In this document: positions 36,815 through 47,435 of the stretch, in pieces
How positions within the stretch are numbered: position 1 is the first letter of the stretch
How the letters are laid out: every line of letters begins with the position of its first letter
Notes under the pieces: generated by a model
What the model saw: the letters and a program-made list of their open reading frames with translations, nothing else
What the model was told of the DNA's origin: nothing
Databases searched by the model: none
Translations under genes and position numbers: made by a program
Origin: Ilumatobacteraceae bacterium
Lineage (GTDB): Bacteria > Actinomycetota > Acidimicrobiia > Acidimicrobiales > Ilumatobacteraceae
Length of the DNA: 64,000 nucleotides
Assembly (NCBI GenBank): GCA_963741875.1
Contig: CAVUJO010000004.1
Location: forward strand, 157,354 to 221,353
Direction: 5' to 3'

Positions 36815-37429
36815 TCACCCTTGGGCGCGCTCGCCGTTCATTGCTTTGGCGACGATCGTCTCGATCCTGCGCGCTCTCGTGTCGTGCTTGACTGCGCTGA
36901 TCACCCACCACAGCATTGCTTTGCGGGCACTCGGGGGGAACGTGTTCCACGCGAGACGTGCCGTCGGGTTGGCGTCCAGTGCTGCGGAGAGGTCGTCGGG
37001 TTCCAGGAGATCCTCGACAGGATCGAGGATCGTCCACCAGCCGTTGTCGTTGGCAACATCGACGGCGCGACGTCCGGCGTCGGTCATCAGGCCGGCTGCT
37101 TCCATGTCGGCCACTCGTTGACGGTTCAGTCGAGTCCAGGTGCTCTTCGGTCTGCGCGGTGTGAGGAGCTGCAATCCTCTGTCATCGTCGAGACGGGTCG
37201 CCGTCGAGTCGATCCACCCGAAGCAGATCGCCTCTTCGACAACCTCGGGGTAGGGGCACGTCGGCCTGCCAGTGGCCGCTCTCCACGAGCACAGCCAGAC
37301 GCCTCGAGCGGCGTCGTGATTCTCATCGAGCCAACAGCGCCACTGCGCACGGGATTCGGCGTGGTAGATCGGGTAGCCGAATTTCCACGTCGCTGGATGA
37401 TCGGACGATGAACGCGGTACCAAACCCAT
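36815..37429 (-). CDS. YdeI/OmpD-associated family protein
   Basis: WRCWLDENHDAARGVWL..., EEAICFGWIDS, LTPRRPKSTWTRLN blocks; ATG 37429. Confidence 0.7.
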   Translation of the reverse strand: MGLVPRSSSDHPATWKFGYPIYHAESRAQWRCWLDENHDAARGVWLCSWRAATGRPTCPYPEVVEEAICFGWIDSTATRLDDDRGLQLLTPRRPKSTWTRLNRQRVADMEAAGLMTDAGRRAVDVANDNGWWTILDPVEDLLEPDDLSAALDANPTARLAWNTFPPSARKAMLWWVISAVKHDTRARRIETIVAKAMNGERAQG

Positions 37430-37532
37430 CGCCGTCGATCGTAGACAAATCCCGAGAAACGCGTGCCGGCGTTCCGGGCGGACATCGTCATCCTCGGAGG
37501 CGGGTCAGCAGTGGTGTGTCCACGCGAACTCG

Positions 37533-38009
37533 TCAGGTCCACGAGCCACGTCGGTCGAAGCCCAGTCCGACAAAGAGGTGCTCGGACGCGACGTTGCCAT
37601 CGGTAATGGTCGCTCCGACTTCGAAGACCCCTGCGTCGGCCAGCGATCCGAGGCATCGTCGAACCAACGCACCTCCGAACCCGAGACGCTTGCGTGCGGA
37701 CGCCACCACCACAGGGTCGATGTAGTGAACGTCGTCCACGACGACCACGAAGGCGAACGCCACGGGTTCAGCGCCATCGACCATGACGTAGGAATGCGGG
37801 CGAACGATCGATGAGAGGTAGTAGTCGATGGCGCTGAGCGCATCCTCGAGAGACTCGCCTTCGTCGTCGATCGTGTTGCGGTAGGCGTCGAGCATCAGCG
37901 CGGCGAGCTGGTCTCGCTGCTGCTCGTCGGGATGAGTCGTCGGGAGCGGGACCGAGGACGCGACGATCCGGATCGGGGACATCCGATACTCGCTGCGCGT
38001 GCGCGTCAC
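37533..38009 (-). CDS. GNAT-family N-acetyltransferase
   Basis: VVASARKRLGFGGALVRRCL (Q/RxxGxG/A acetyl-CoA motif), NVASEHLFVGLGF; GTG 38009 or ATG 37982. Confidence 0.7.
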   Translation of the reverse strand: MTRTRSEYRMSPIRIVASSVPLPTTHPDEQQRDQLAALMLDAYRNTIDDEGESLEDALSAIDYYLSSIVRPHSYVMVDGAEPVAFAFVVVVDDVHYIDPVVVASARKRLGFGGALVRRCLGSLADAGVFEVGATITDGNVASEHLFVGLGFDRRGSWT

Positions 38010-38111
38010 TCGCTCACGCTCATCGGCATCATTGCGTCATCGTAGAAGGCGTTCGGCGCGTCGATGGCACCCCGCGAAAGAGCGTCAACTCCGTCGTGTC
38101 TGGAGTCGCGG

Positions 38112-38429
38112 TCATTGCGCGTACGACCGCTCCACGACGACGGTGAGGTCGGCGAAAGAGGGCGGCCCCTCGAAGATCTCGGCCATCTTCTTGCGCACGG
38201 GGATGAGCGCCTCCTGACGTCGCGGATCGTCCTCCCTGGCACGAGCCTTCTCTTCCGACTCGAACACGACAACCATGTGGACCTGCCTCGGGTCATCCCG
38301 TTCGGTCATCGTGAGTGAACGGAGCAGGCCAGAGCCGGGCTGTTCCACGGCGTCGAGCGCGCTCATGACGCCAGGGAGTTCGTCCTCCGAGCCCGCCTCG
38401 AGCCGCATCGAGATCAGCTGTGCCCACAT
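38112..38429 (-). CDS. small ABM-like (dimeric alpha/beta barrel) protein
   Basis: 105 aa, ATG 38429; pattern MWAQLISMRLE...VHMVVVFESEEKA resembles antibiotic-biosynthesis-monooxygenase-fold proteins. Confidence 0.5.
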   Translation of the reverse strand: MWAQLISMRLEAGSEDELPGVMSALDAVEQPGSGLLRSLTMTERDDPRQVHMVVVFESEEKARAREDDPRRQEALIPVRKKMAEIFEGPPSFADLTVVVERSYAQ

Positions 38430-38431
38430 GG

Positions 38432-38713
38432 TCAGGTGCTGATCTGGTTCGTGACCTCGGCGGTGCGTTCCTCGGGCGGTGCCGGCGGGTTGTCCAGGGC
38501 GCCGATGACGGGGAAGAGCTTCTGCTGGAACGCGTCGTTCTGAGCCTTTGTTTCCCAGAGGGCGACGACGAGGAAGCCGCCTGCGGTCGGTCCGGCGAAG
38601 TGGTGAAGCTGCCCCTCAGGCAACGAGCCGTCGGCCGGGTGGGCCTCGGCGATGATGGCGTCGTACTGCTCCTGGGTGCCACCTTCGAAGAAGTGGGTGA
38701 TGAGGTAGGTCAT
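38432..38713 (-). CDS. small hypothetical protein (possible alpha/beta-barrel fold)
   Basis: ATG 38713 (MTYLITHFFEGGTQEQYD...); stop 2 nt before the next gene start; no family recognised. Confidence 0.5.
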   Translation of the reverse strand: MTYLITHFFEGGTQEQYDAIIAEAHPADGSLPEGQLHHFAGPTAGGFLVVALWETKAQNDAFQQKLFPVIGALDNPPAPPEERTAEVTNQIST

Positions 38714-38804
38714 GGCGGTCTGCTTTCGCTTGTTGGTCTCGGGGTCCGGCGAGGCCATGTTGCGCCCGAGGGCGCGTCACCTGCGCGTCATCTCGTGGCG
38801 TCGG

Positions 38805-41800
38805 TCATACAGCGACGAGCTCTCGGAGCCTGACGGCACGTTTGGCCCAACTCGCGATCCCGTAGACGTCGCACAGATTCTCGGCGGCGGTCAGCCATTC
38901 GTTGCCGACGTCGTCCAGGCGGCCGAGGGTGCGGAAGCGGTTCTGCGCAAGCGCGATGAAGGTGGTGGCACGGTGGTAGTGCCACTCGAAGTCTTCGGCG
39001 GTGGCGAGTGCATCGAGCAGGAACTGCTCTGCCTGCGTGGTGTCGCCCATCAGTGAGGCCAGCTTGCCCGCGTAGGCCGCAATCGGTCCCTGCGAAGTCA
39101 TCGAGTTGAACGAGACCTCGTCGGCAAGCGGAACGATCTGGGGGTAGAGCCACTCGGCGGCCTCGACGTCGTCGAGTTCGAGAGCGAGGACGACGAAACC
39201 GACCAGCTCGGTCGACCGCAAGAAGTCGTCGGTCGTGAGTTCGATGTCACCGCGCATCGCAGCCTGCAGCAGGTCGGCGGCGACTTCTGGCCGCCCAACC
39301 TCGCAGCAGACGATGGCGTGGCCGATACGGAACGCCGTTGCGGCGGTGGCCACCGACTCGACGCCCTGTTCGACGAACGGCAGCAACTCGGCGTGGCGAC
39401 CGGCGAACGTGCCGAGTGCGAAGCTCTGACCGGCGAAGCATCCAATTGCTTCCTCCACGCCGATCTGGACGCCCAACTCGACCGTCTCGGTCACGATCCG
39501 TTCGGCCTCGGCGAACGAGCCCTTCATGGTGGCCACGAACGCGTCGAGCACGCCGATCGCCCAGCGCAGCTGCGGGTCGCGCAACTCGTCGACGACGTCG
39601 TGGAGTCGGGCGAGCAACGCCGTGGCGTCGGCGGCCTCACCGGCACACACGGCGGCACAGTACGCAGCGAAGTGCACGATGGCCACGAGGTCGGGATCGT
39701 CGAGGTCGCCCACCGCGGCGACCGCTTCGCGCGCGAGCGACGAGCGGATCGACGCGGTGCCCGGCGCCCAGAGCGCTTGGAGCACGTACGCCGCCACCTC
39801 GGCGAACACCCGCGGGTCCGAGGTGGATCGCGCCAGTTCGAGCGCCTCTCGCGCCGCCGCACTCCGTCGATCGGTTTCGTCGGTGCGGACCAGACGTTGC
39901 GCGACGAGCGCGGTGAGTCGAGCTCGGGTTGCGATGTCGGCGTTCGCGCTCGCGGCCAACGCTGCAACGACGATGTCGAGTTGCCGACTGGCGGGCTGCC
40001 CGACCTTGATCGTGCCGCGGTCGATGGCCAGCGCGGCGCGCACCAGCGTGTCCGACGCCCCGGTGGCCATGGCGAGCTCCGCGCCTTCAACGATGGTGTC
40101 GAGGGCGTTGGGGGCGCCGGTGAGCGACCTGGCCTCACCGAGACGGACGAGCAATCCGGCTCGGACTTCGTCGGACCGCCCGAGCGACACAGCGTTCTCG
40201 AGCGCTGTCTCGAACCAGCGGATGGCTTCGTCCGGTGCCAGGTCGGCCAGGGCGGCATCGCCTGCCGCGAGGGCCCACTCGAACGCTTCGTCGCGCATCC
40301 CGCCCATGCGTGCATGGACGGCGAGACGCGGTGCGAGATCAGGCTGTGATGCGGCGCCGGTGGCGAGCAAGGCTGCGAACGATCCGGCGTGCAGATGTCG
40401 CCGCGCCCGCGGCTGGAGGTCCGCTTCGAGCGCCTGGGCAACCAAGGCGTGAGTGAATCGGAGTGAATCGGGTGTGGACGGGTTGTCGGCGAGCACGCCT
40501 GCCATCACCGCACGGTCGAGGAGGGCAGGCACCATCGCTGGGTCGATCTCCGGCATCGCAGAGAGCACCCGCTCGTCGAACTCGATCCCGAGGACGGCGG
40601 CCGCGGTGAGGATCGGAGCCGCGTTGTCACCGAGCGCCGAAACACGATGCCAAACGAGGTCTCGCAAGCTTGGTGGAATCAAGAAGTCGACGGGATTCGA
40701 CACCCGAAGCGCGGTGTCGGAGACGACGAGCCGACCCGATCGATGCCAGTGTTCGAGGAGGTGGTCCGCGAGCAGGGCGTTGCCGGCGGTCTGGACGCCG
40801 AGCGCAGCGGCGACCGCATCGACATTGCGTTCGGCGGCGGCAGGGATGCGACCGCGAACCAGTTCCGCAAGGGCGTGATGGTCGAGCCCACCCAACGCGA
40901 TGCGGTCCATGTGCCCGCGCTCCCAATCGGCCAGGGCTTCTCGAACATGGTCGGTGACACCCTCGGCAGTGTCCCGCAGGATCGTCACGAACAGCACAGG
41001 TGAGGCGCCGACGTGGCGGACAAGGTGGCGCAGCAGGTGCACGACGGCTGGCTCGGCCCATTGGAAATCGTCGATGGCAATCACCGTCGGATGGCCGCGT
41101 GCGGCCCGCGACACGACGTCGGCCACCGCGTCGAACAGCAGACGCCGGGCCGTCCGGTCGTCACCGGGCGCAACAGGCGGCGCAGGGATACGTGCCGCGT
41201 GGCCAGGCAACAGACGTATGAGATCGCCACCGTGGCGCGCTGCATGGGCGTGCAGTTCGTCGTCAGGCAGTTGATCCACGACGCGTCCGACCACCAACTC
41301 CAACGGCTGGAACGGCGCGCCGGCGAGCTCGTCGCACCGGCCGTAGTAGACGTCCCATCCGCGATGATCGGCGACCCGTACGCGCGAAGTCGGCCAGCAA
41401 TGTCGTCTTGCCGATGCCCACCTCCCCCGAGATCAAGACGACGCCGGCACCGTCGTCCACAGTCCGCATCGCCGCCGCGGTGAGGAAATCGATGGCCGAG
41501 TGTCGTCCAACGCCGATGGCAGCCGACCGGATCGCATCGTCGAGTACGGCAGTTCGACGGTCAGCCGAGCGTGGGCCGTGGTCGTCGTGATCGACCTGCG
41601 CTTCCTCGATGCCTCGCCAACCGGTGGCGACTCGCCGCTCGATCTCGCGCAGTTCGTCGCCGGGCTCGAGTCCGACGGTCTCGGCGAGGTAAGCGCGGTG
41701 GGATCGGAACACACGCATGGCTTCGGCCTGCCTGCCTGTGCACGCGAACGCCCGCATGATCAACCCGTGCGCCCGACTGCGCAGCGGGTAGTCGATGATG

Positions 41801-42312
41801 TGCGCTTCGAGGTCCTGAATGCAGCGCTCCGGCTCGCCGCCCGTCAGCCGGACCTCGGCGAGATCCTCGATGGCGCTCGCTCGAACCTCGTCGAGGCGAT
41901 TGACGCCGCCGACGGCCCATGCTTCGTCGCGGAATTCCTCCAGCGACGGGCCGCGCCAGCGCTCGAGCGCACCCGAGAGCCGGACGGGGTCGTGTGCGGC
42001 GCCATCCAGCTCGTCACAGGCCAGCGCAGCGTCGACGTCGGCGACCAATCGATACCCACCGGCCGTGGTGCGCAACAGGTCGTCGCCGATGTTGCGTCGC
42101 AGGCGGGCGATGGACGTGCGCAAGGCGCCAGGGGTCACGTCGAGCATCTGACACAAGAAGCCTGAGCGGACCGATCGGGGCGCGTTCAGGGCCAACACGG
42201 CGAGCAACCGACGCTGGCTGGCACTCGGGAGGTCGATCACCCCACCGTCGGATCCGAGGAACTGCACCGGTCCGAGCAGCCGGACCACCGGCGCGCCTCT
42301 GTCCGCTCCCAC
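38805..42312 (-). pseudogene. AfsR/SARP-family regulator (SARP wHTH + BTAD + P-loop NTPase + TPR), split by an apparent 1-nt frameshift near 41375-41377
   Basis: ORF 41263..42822 gives VVRLLGPVQFLG.. (SARP), BTAD and Walker A GEVGIGKTTLLADFAR then nonsense. ORF 38805..41303, extended upstream in its own frame, reads VADHRGWDVYYGRCDELAGAPFQPLELVVGR... with Walker B VIAIDDFQWAE and long TPR-like helical repeats. GTG 42312 proposed as start. Confidence 0.75.
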
Positions 42313-42420
42313 CGGGCCAAGTATGACACCCCTCGGAATTCGCGCTGACCGGATCCCGTGCCCGAGTCGCTCGCAACACTCTGCTCGGCTGGATGGGTTG
42401 CGGACTGCGATGCTGATTCC

Positions 42421-42954
42421 GTGGCTGCATGGATTGTTCACCACTTCAGCGAGGATCCGTCGATCGCCCGATTCGAGCCTCACGTCCCGAAGACGAATCC
42501 GAACCAGCGACCTGCGGTCTGGGCGATCGACCCGGAGCATGCTCCCGTCTACTGGTTCCCTCGGAACTGTCCACGTGTGACGGCCTGGCCACGCGGTCAC
42601 GAGGAGCGTTCCGAGTTCCGCCGGCGACTGGCGACGAGCGCGCACCGGGTCCACGCCATCGAGACCGCCTGGCTCGACCGCGTGCGCGCAACACAGCTGT
42701 ACCGCTACGACTTCGACGCCGGCGACTTCGACCCGTGGCCCGAAGCGTCGGGACAATGGATCAGCCACGAGGTCGTCGAGCCACTCGCGGTCACGGCGAT
42801 GGGCGACCTGGTTGATGCCCACCGCGAGGCTCGGATCGAGCTCCGGCTCGTGCCGAACCTCTGGCCGCTGGTGGAGTTGGTGAAAGACGGCCCATGGGAC
42901 TTCAGCTGCGTTCGTCTCATGGTTGCCGAGCCGCTCGTGGTCGACACGCAGTAA
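42421..42954 (+). CDS. conserved hypothetical protein (resembles the family I recall as DUF6886)
   Basis: HHFSEDPSIARFEPH..VWAIDPEHAPVYWFPRNCPRV..LYRYDF..LVPNLWPL; GTG 42421 preferred to ATG 42358. Confidence 0.55.
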   Translation: MAAWIVHHFSEDPSIARFEPHVPKTNPNQRPAVWAIDPEHAPVYWFPRNCPRVTAWPRGHEERSEFRRRLATSAHRVHAIETAWLDRVRATQLYRYDFDAGDFDPWPEASGQWISHEVVEPLAVTAMGDLVDAHREARIELRLVPNLWPLVELVKDGPWDFSCVRLMVAEPLVVDTQ

Positions 42955-43081
42955 GCCGGGCGAGATCCACGACGGTGGGGGTCATGCTCGACGGGACGAC
43001 CGAGGTGCGGGCGGCCCGACTGGGGCACGTCTCTGGCGCATCCCTCGCCGGTCGGCGATCGCGTCGCGTACAGTCGGCCAG

Positions 43082-44305
43082 ATGACAACCGTCGAGTCGG
43101 ATGCTGCCCCCGCAACCCCAGCGCAGGCCGGTCGGTGGACGGCACAGTGGAAAGAGCTGTACGCCGAGGTCATCACGACCGGGCTGTGCACCGGCTGCGC
43201 CGGCTGCGTGGTCACCTGCCCGCACGACGTGATCGGCTACGAACACGAAGAGGGCAAGTACATCCCGTTCCACCTCGAAGAGGAACTCGGTCTCGACAAC
43301 TGCGTGCACGGATTCGGCGCAGGCGGCGGCTGCACCACCTGCACCCGGGCATGCCCTCGATTCCAGGCGTGGGAGCCGGCAGCCGACATGCACCTGTTCG
43401 GCCGGGTACGCGAACCCGACGAGATGGCGGGCATCTGGCGCCAGCTGTACCTCACCCGCGCGAGCGACGACATGGTCCACAAGATGGGCCAGGACGGCGG
43501 CCTCGTGTCGGCGATGCTGATCTGGCTGCGCGAGCACGACTACATCGACGCCGCGCTCGTGTCCGGCGTCGAGGACGACGACGCGTGGAAGGCGAAACCC
43601 GCCGTGGTGTCCACGAAAGAGGAGATCCTCGCCACCGCCGGATCTCGCTACACCTACTGCGCCAACCCGCTCGCGCTGCCCGAGGCCAAGGAGAAAGGCT
43701 TCGAACGGCTCGCCCTGGTCGGTATGGGCTGCCAGACGTCGTCGCCGCCGGTGATGTGGGACCGCAAGGCCGGCAAGGTGTCCAAGCCGTTCTTGTTCAA
43801 CATCGGCCTGCTGTGTTCGAAGACCTTCGACGACGCGATCTTCCCTGAACTGTTCGAGGCCAAGTACGGCCTCAAGAAGCAGGACATGGTGAAGATGAAC
43901 ATCAAGGGTGCCTTCCAGATCTGGATGAAGGACGGCTCGTACCACGAGATCAACCTCAAGGAATGCCACGCCTGGACCCGCAAGGGCTGCACCAGTTGCC
44001 CCGACTTCGCTGCCGAACACGCCGACGTGTCAACTGGCGGCATCGGCGAGGACAACGACTGGACACTCACCATCGTGCGCACCGAACTGGGCGAGCAGGT
44101 CATCGAGCGGATGATCGCCGACGGTTCGATCATCGCCAAGCCCGCCCAAACCGACGAAACCGCCATGCGGCTGTTGCGCCTGCTGTCGATCGTCAGCCGC
44201 CGCCGCTGGCCGAACGACGCCGACGCCGCCCCGGCAATCGGCGTGCCGCCCCCCAAGAAGAAGGCCGCCGCGCCCGCTGCGGACGCCGCACCCAAGTCCG
44301 ACTGA
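43082..44305 (+). CDS. coenzyme F420 hydrogenase/dehydrogenase beta-subunit (FrhB/FdhB)-like Fe-S protein
   Basis: Two ferredoxin-type Cys motifs CTGCAGCVVTCP and CTTCTRACP, then FrhB N/C-like body (GQDGGLVSAML, LVGMGCQ, CTSCPDF); Lys/Ala/Pro-rich tail. Confidence 0.7.
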   Translation: MTTVESDAAPATPAQAGRWTAQWKELYAEVITTGLCTGCAGCVVTCPHDVIGYEHEEGKYIPFHLEEELGLDNCVHGFGAGGGCTTCTRACPRFQAWEPAADMHLFGRVREPDEMAGIWRQLYLTRASDDMVHKMGQDGGLVSAMLIWLREHDYIDAALVSGVEDDDAWKAKPAVVSTKEEILATAGSRYTYCANPLALPEAKEKGFERLALVGMGCQTSSPPVMWDRKAGKVSKPFLFNIGLLCSKTFDDAIFPELFEAKYGLKKQDMVKMNIKGAFQIWMKDGSYHEINLKECHAWTRKGCTSCPDFAAEHADVSTGGIGEDNDWTLTIVRTELGEQVIERMIADGSIIAKPAQTDETAMRLLRLLSIVSRRRWPNDADAAPAIGVPPPKKKAAAPAADAAPKSD

Positions 44306-44346
44306 ACTCGCAGCTCGTGGTGGCGAACACCATGAGCAGCGACGTG

Positions 44347-44664
44347 TCAGGGTGCTGAGGTTCGGGTGACGCCTTCGGGGTCGCAAGCAACCAGATCGGC
44401 TTCGAAGTCGTCGAGCTCGGCGATCGCCGGACCGCTGATCTCGGGGTTGTCGCTCGTTGCGTTGTCACCCAGGTCATCCAGGTCGTACTCGTCGATGACG
44501 TCCAACATGCACGCTTCGATGTCCGGGAAACCTTGAGTCTGGGTCTTCACGAGATCCTGAGCGACCCGATTCGGGCTCGGATCGGACGTGCACGCTGACA
44601 CGCCGAGCACGGCGATGACACCGATGGCAAGGGTGTTGACGAGCGGGCGACGAGACGAGATCAC
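44347..44664 (-). CDS. small secreted lipoprotein, acidic
   Basis: GTG start; signal peptide plus lipobox LGVSACTS; 105 aa. Confidence 0.55.
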   Translation of the reverse strand: MISSRRPLVNTLAIGVIAVLGVSACTSDPSPNRVAQDLVKTQTQGFPDIEACMLDVIDEYDLDDLGDNATSDNPEISGPAIAELDDFEADLVACDPEGVTRTSAP

Positions 44665-44676
44665 AGCACCGCGAGG

Positions 44677-45375
44677 CTACTGGCGACCCGCCGAAGCCGC
44701 ACCGCCGCTCCCGCCAACGGCCAACTCGACGGCGCGAGCGAACACGGCATCGAGCATCGGCTCGGTGAGGCGCTTGGTGAACGTGTTCTGCTGACTTGGA
44801 TGGAACGAGCAGATCAGCGTGGGGCCGTCGTCGACCGGCACCTCGACGCCGTGGCCGAACTTCGGGCGTGGGCGGATGGCGAAGTGGTTGCAGCCCGCTT
44901 GGTATCCGAACTGCCCGAGGCACACCACCACGGCCACGTTCTCGAGCGCTGCCAGTTCGCGCTGGAGGAACGGTGCGCACGCATCGCGCTCGTCAGGTGA
45001 CGGCTTGTTGGCGGGCGGGGCGCACTTGACCGCAGCGGTCACCCAGGCATCGTCGAGTGCGAGCCCGTCGTCGATCGCCACCGACTCGGACTGGTTGGCG
45101 AGTCCGGCACGGTGCATCGCCCGAAACAACCAGTCGCCGCTGCGGTCGCCGGTGAACACCCGTCCCGTCCGGTTGGCGCCGTGAGCCGCGGGAGCCAAGC
45201 CGAGTACGACGATGCGCGCATCGGGGTCGCCGAACCCGGGGATCGGGCGACCCCAGTAGTCGTCGTCGCGATACGCCGCCCGTTTCTCCCGTGCGACCTG
45301 CTCACGCCAGCTCACGAGACGCGGGCAGGTGCGGCAGGCAATCACGTCGCGTTCGAGCCTGGCGAGCGGAGTCAC
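44677..45375 (-). CDS. uracil-DNA glycosylase, family 4/5 (UdgB-like)
   Basis: CRTCPRL Fe-S ligands, [19 protein letters not shown] motif; GTG 45375 avoids overlap with the divergent gene. Confidence 0.8.
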   Translation of the reverse strand: MTPLARLERDVIACRTCPRLVSWREQVAREKRAAYRDDDYWGRPIPGFGDPDARIVVLGLAPAAHGANRTGRVFTGDRSGDWLFRAMHRAGLANQSESVAIDDGLALDDAWVTAAVKCAPPANKPSPDERDACAPFLQRELAALENVAVVVCLGQFGYQAGCNHFAIRPRPKFGHGVEVPVDDGPTLICSFHPSQQNTFTKRLTEPMLDAVFARAVELAVGGSGGAASAGRQ

Positions 45376-45404
45376 AGCCCTCGACAGTAGGTTGGAAGCA
45401 CTCC

Positions 45405-46058
45405 ATGGCCACAGCGAAGAAGTCACCACCACCCACGTTCACCACCGTCCTACTCGTCCGGCACGGCCAGACGCCGACCACCGGCAAGGTCCTGCCCGGG
45501 CGGGCCAAGGGCCTCCATCTCGCCGACGAAGGCAAACGCCAGGCCGAGATCGCCGCTGAACGCATCGGCGAGCTGAAACGGGTCGATGCGATCTACTCCT
45601 CACCACTGGAGCGGGCCAAGGAGACCGCTGCGCCGATCGCCAAGGCCCGTGGTCTCAAGACCACGATCGACCGTGGACTGTTCGAATGCGATTTCGGCGA
45701 CTGGACCGGCGCCGAGCTCAAGAAGCTGATGAAACTGCCGGAGTGGCAGACCGTGCAGCGGGCACCGTCGACGTTCCGGTTCCCCAACGGCGAGAGTTTC
45801 ACAGAGATGCAGACCCGCATGGTCGGCACCCTCGACCGACTTCGGGCGGCGCACCCTGGCGGCACGATCGTCTGCGTGTCGCACGCGGACACGATCAAGG
45901 CGGCCGTCGCTCACGCAATGGGAACCCACATCGATCTGTTCCAACGCATCGTGATCAGTCCGGCATCGGTCACGGCCATCGGCTGGGGGCACGGCGGCCC
46001 CGTGGTGCTGTCGGTCAACTCGACCGGGCGTCCACTGACCGACCTGCAACCGTCGTGA
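45405..46058 (+). CDS. histidine-phosphatase-family putative phosphomutase (MSMEG_4193 family)
   Basis: LLVRHGQT catalytic RHG motif, VSHADTIKA; first gene of the conserved actinobacterial trio. Confidence 0.8.
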   Translation: MATAKKSPPPTFTTVLLVRHGQTPTTGKVLPGRAKGLHLADEGKRQAEIAAERIGELKRVDAIYSSPLERAKETAAPIAKARGLKTTIDRGLFECDFGDWTGAELKKLMKLPEWQTVQRAPSTFRFPNGESFTEMQTRMVGTLDRLRAAHPGGTIVCVSHADTIKAAVAHAMGTHIDLFQRIVISPASVTAIGWGHGGPVVLSVNSTGRPLTDLQPS

Positions 46059-46071
46059 ACGAGGTCGGAGC

Positions 46072-46578
46072 ATGAGCGTGTTCTACGAGTTCGACGAAGT
46101 GTCCGCCTTCACTGTCGGCACCGTCGGTCGCCCCGGCGAGCGGACCTTCCTCCTGCAGGCTCGCGCCGACGGCCAACGGGTCACGGTCAAGTGCGAGAAG
46201 CAGCAGACGTCAGCGATCGTGCAGTATCTCCGGCGGGTACTTGCCGACCTCCCGCCGGCTGAGGATCGACCGATGAGCGGCACCCTCGAGCTCCGTGACC
46301 CGCTCGATGCAGCATTCGTGCTCGGCCCGATCGGCCTCGGTTACGACCGATCGAGCGATCGGGTGCTCATCCAACTCGAAGAGGCCGGCGAGGTCGACGA
46401 GGAAGGCGAACCACTCGAAGATGACGACCGCGGTCACGTCCGGCTCTACCTGAGCCGTGGGCAGGCAGCGGCGTTCTGCGACCATGCCGACGGCGTCGTC
46501 GAGGCCGGACGACCGGCATGCCAGTGGTGTGCGTTCCCGATGGATCCTGATGGCCACGACTGTCCGCGGATGAACTGA
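46072..46578 (+). CDS. DUF3090 family protein
   Basis: FTVGTVGRPGERTFLLQA...CQWCAFPMDPDGHDCPRMN C-terminal Cys cluster. Confidence 0.8.
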   Translation: MSVFYEFDEVSAFTVGTVGRPGERTFLLQARADGQRVTVKCEKQQTSAIVQYLRRVLADLPPAEDRPMSGTLELRDPLDAAFVLGPIGLGYDRSSDRVLIQLEEAGEVDEEGEPLEDDDRGHVRLYLSRGQAAAFCDHADGVVEAGRPACQWCAFPMDPDGHDCPRMN

Positions 46579-46580
46579 CC

Positions 46581-47435
46581 GTGTCCGATCCGTCGCCCAG
46601 CGAGTTCGAGGACATCGACGACGAGTTCGACGACCTGGACGACGACACCGACGACGAGTTCGACGATGACGAGTTGGACGACGACACCGACGACCAGCGC
46701 GGCGTCGAGCTGCGAGTCGACGCGGTCGTCGACCCGATCGCCCATCTCCTGCGCGGCGACATCGAGATCGAGGGGCGGATGCCCTACAGCAGCAACGCCA
46801 CGTTTCTGGTGCACGTCGTCGCCGACGGCCGGTCGCACCCAGCCATCTACAAGCCGACGCGGGGCGAACGCCCATTGTGGGACTTCGAACCTGGCCTCCA
46901 TCGCCGTGAGGTCGCCACCTACCTGCTGAGCGAGCACCTGGGCCTCGGTGTGATCCCTCCGACCGTCCTGCGCGACGGTCCGTTGGGCGAGGGGTCGGTG
47001 CAGTGGTTCGTCGTGGCCGACCACAGCCAGCACTACTTCACGATCCACGAGAACCATCCCGAGCTCCACGATCGGCTCCGGGCGATGGCGCTGCTCGACG
47101 TCCTCGCCAACAACACCGACCGCAAGAGCGGCCACGTCTTGCTGATCCCCGAACGCAACGGAGAGCCGGCATCGGTGTGGGGTATCGACAACGGGCTGTG
47201 TTTCGCCGCCGAGAACAAGCTGCGCACGGTGATCTGGGAGTTCGGCGACGAGGAGATCCCCGACGCCTGGCTCGAACGGGTCGGCGGCATGTGCGAGCGC
47301 GTGCCACTGGAAGTCGCCGCGTTGCTGGCCGACGACGAGGTCGAGGCGCTCCAGCGACGAGCGGGCTGGTGCGTCATGCATCGACGGTTCCCGACCGATC
47401 CGTCGGGTCGCCGCTATCCATGGCCGCTGGTCTGA
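46581..47435 (+). CDS. SCO1664-family protein (PI3/PI4-kinase-like)
   Basis: GTG 46581 two nt after upstream stop; poly-acidic N-terminus then GRMPYSSNATFLV..., DVLANNTDRKSGHVL, GIDNGLCF kinase-like motifs. Confidence 0.8.
   Translation: MSDPSPSEFEDIDDEFDDLDDDTDDEFDDDELDDDTDDQRGVELRVDAVVDPIAHLLRGDIEIEGRMPYSSNATFLVHVVADGRSHPAIYKPTRGERPLWDFEPGLHRREVATYLLSEHLGLGVIPPTVLRDGPLGEGSVQWFVVADHSQHYFTIHENHPELHDRLRAMALLDVLANNTDRKSGHVLLIPERNGEPASVWGIDNGLCFAAENKLRTVIWEFGDEEIPDAWLERVGGMCERVPLEVAALLADDEVEALQRRAGWCVMHRRFPTDPSGRRYPWPLV

Noticed and set aside
41263-42822. Programmed ribosomal frameshifting as an explanation for the three frame breaks (msiK, ATP-grasp/alpha-E fusion, SARP)
   Set aside because: None of the three sites has a slippery heptamer or downstream pseudoknot-like structure. 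Simple 1-nt indels, real or from assembly, explain all three.
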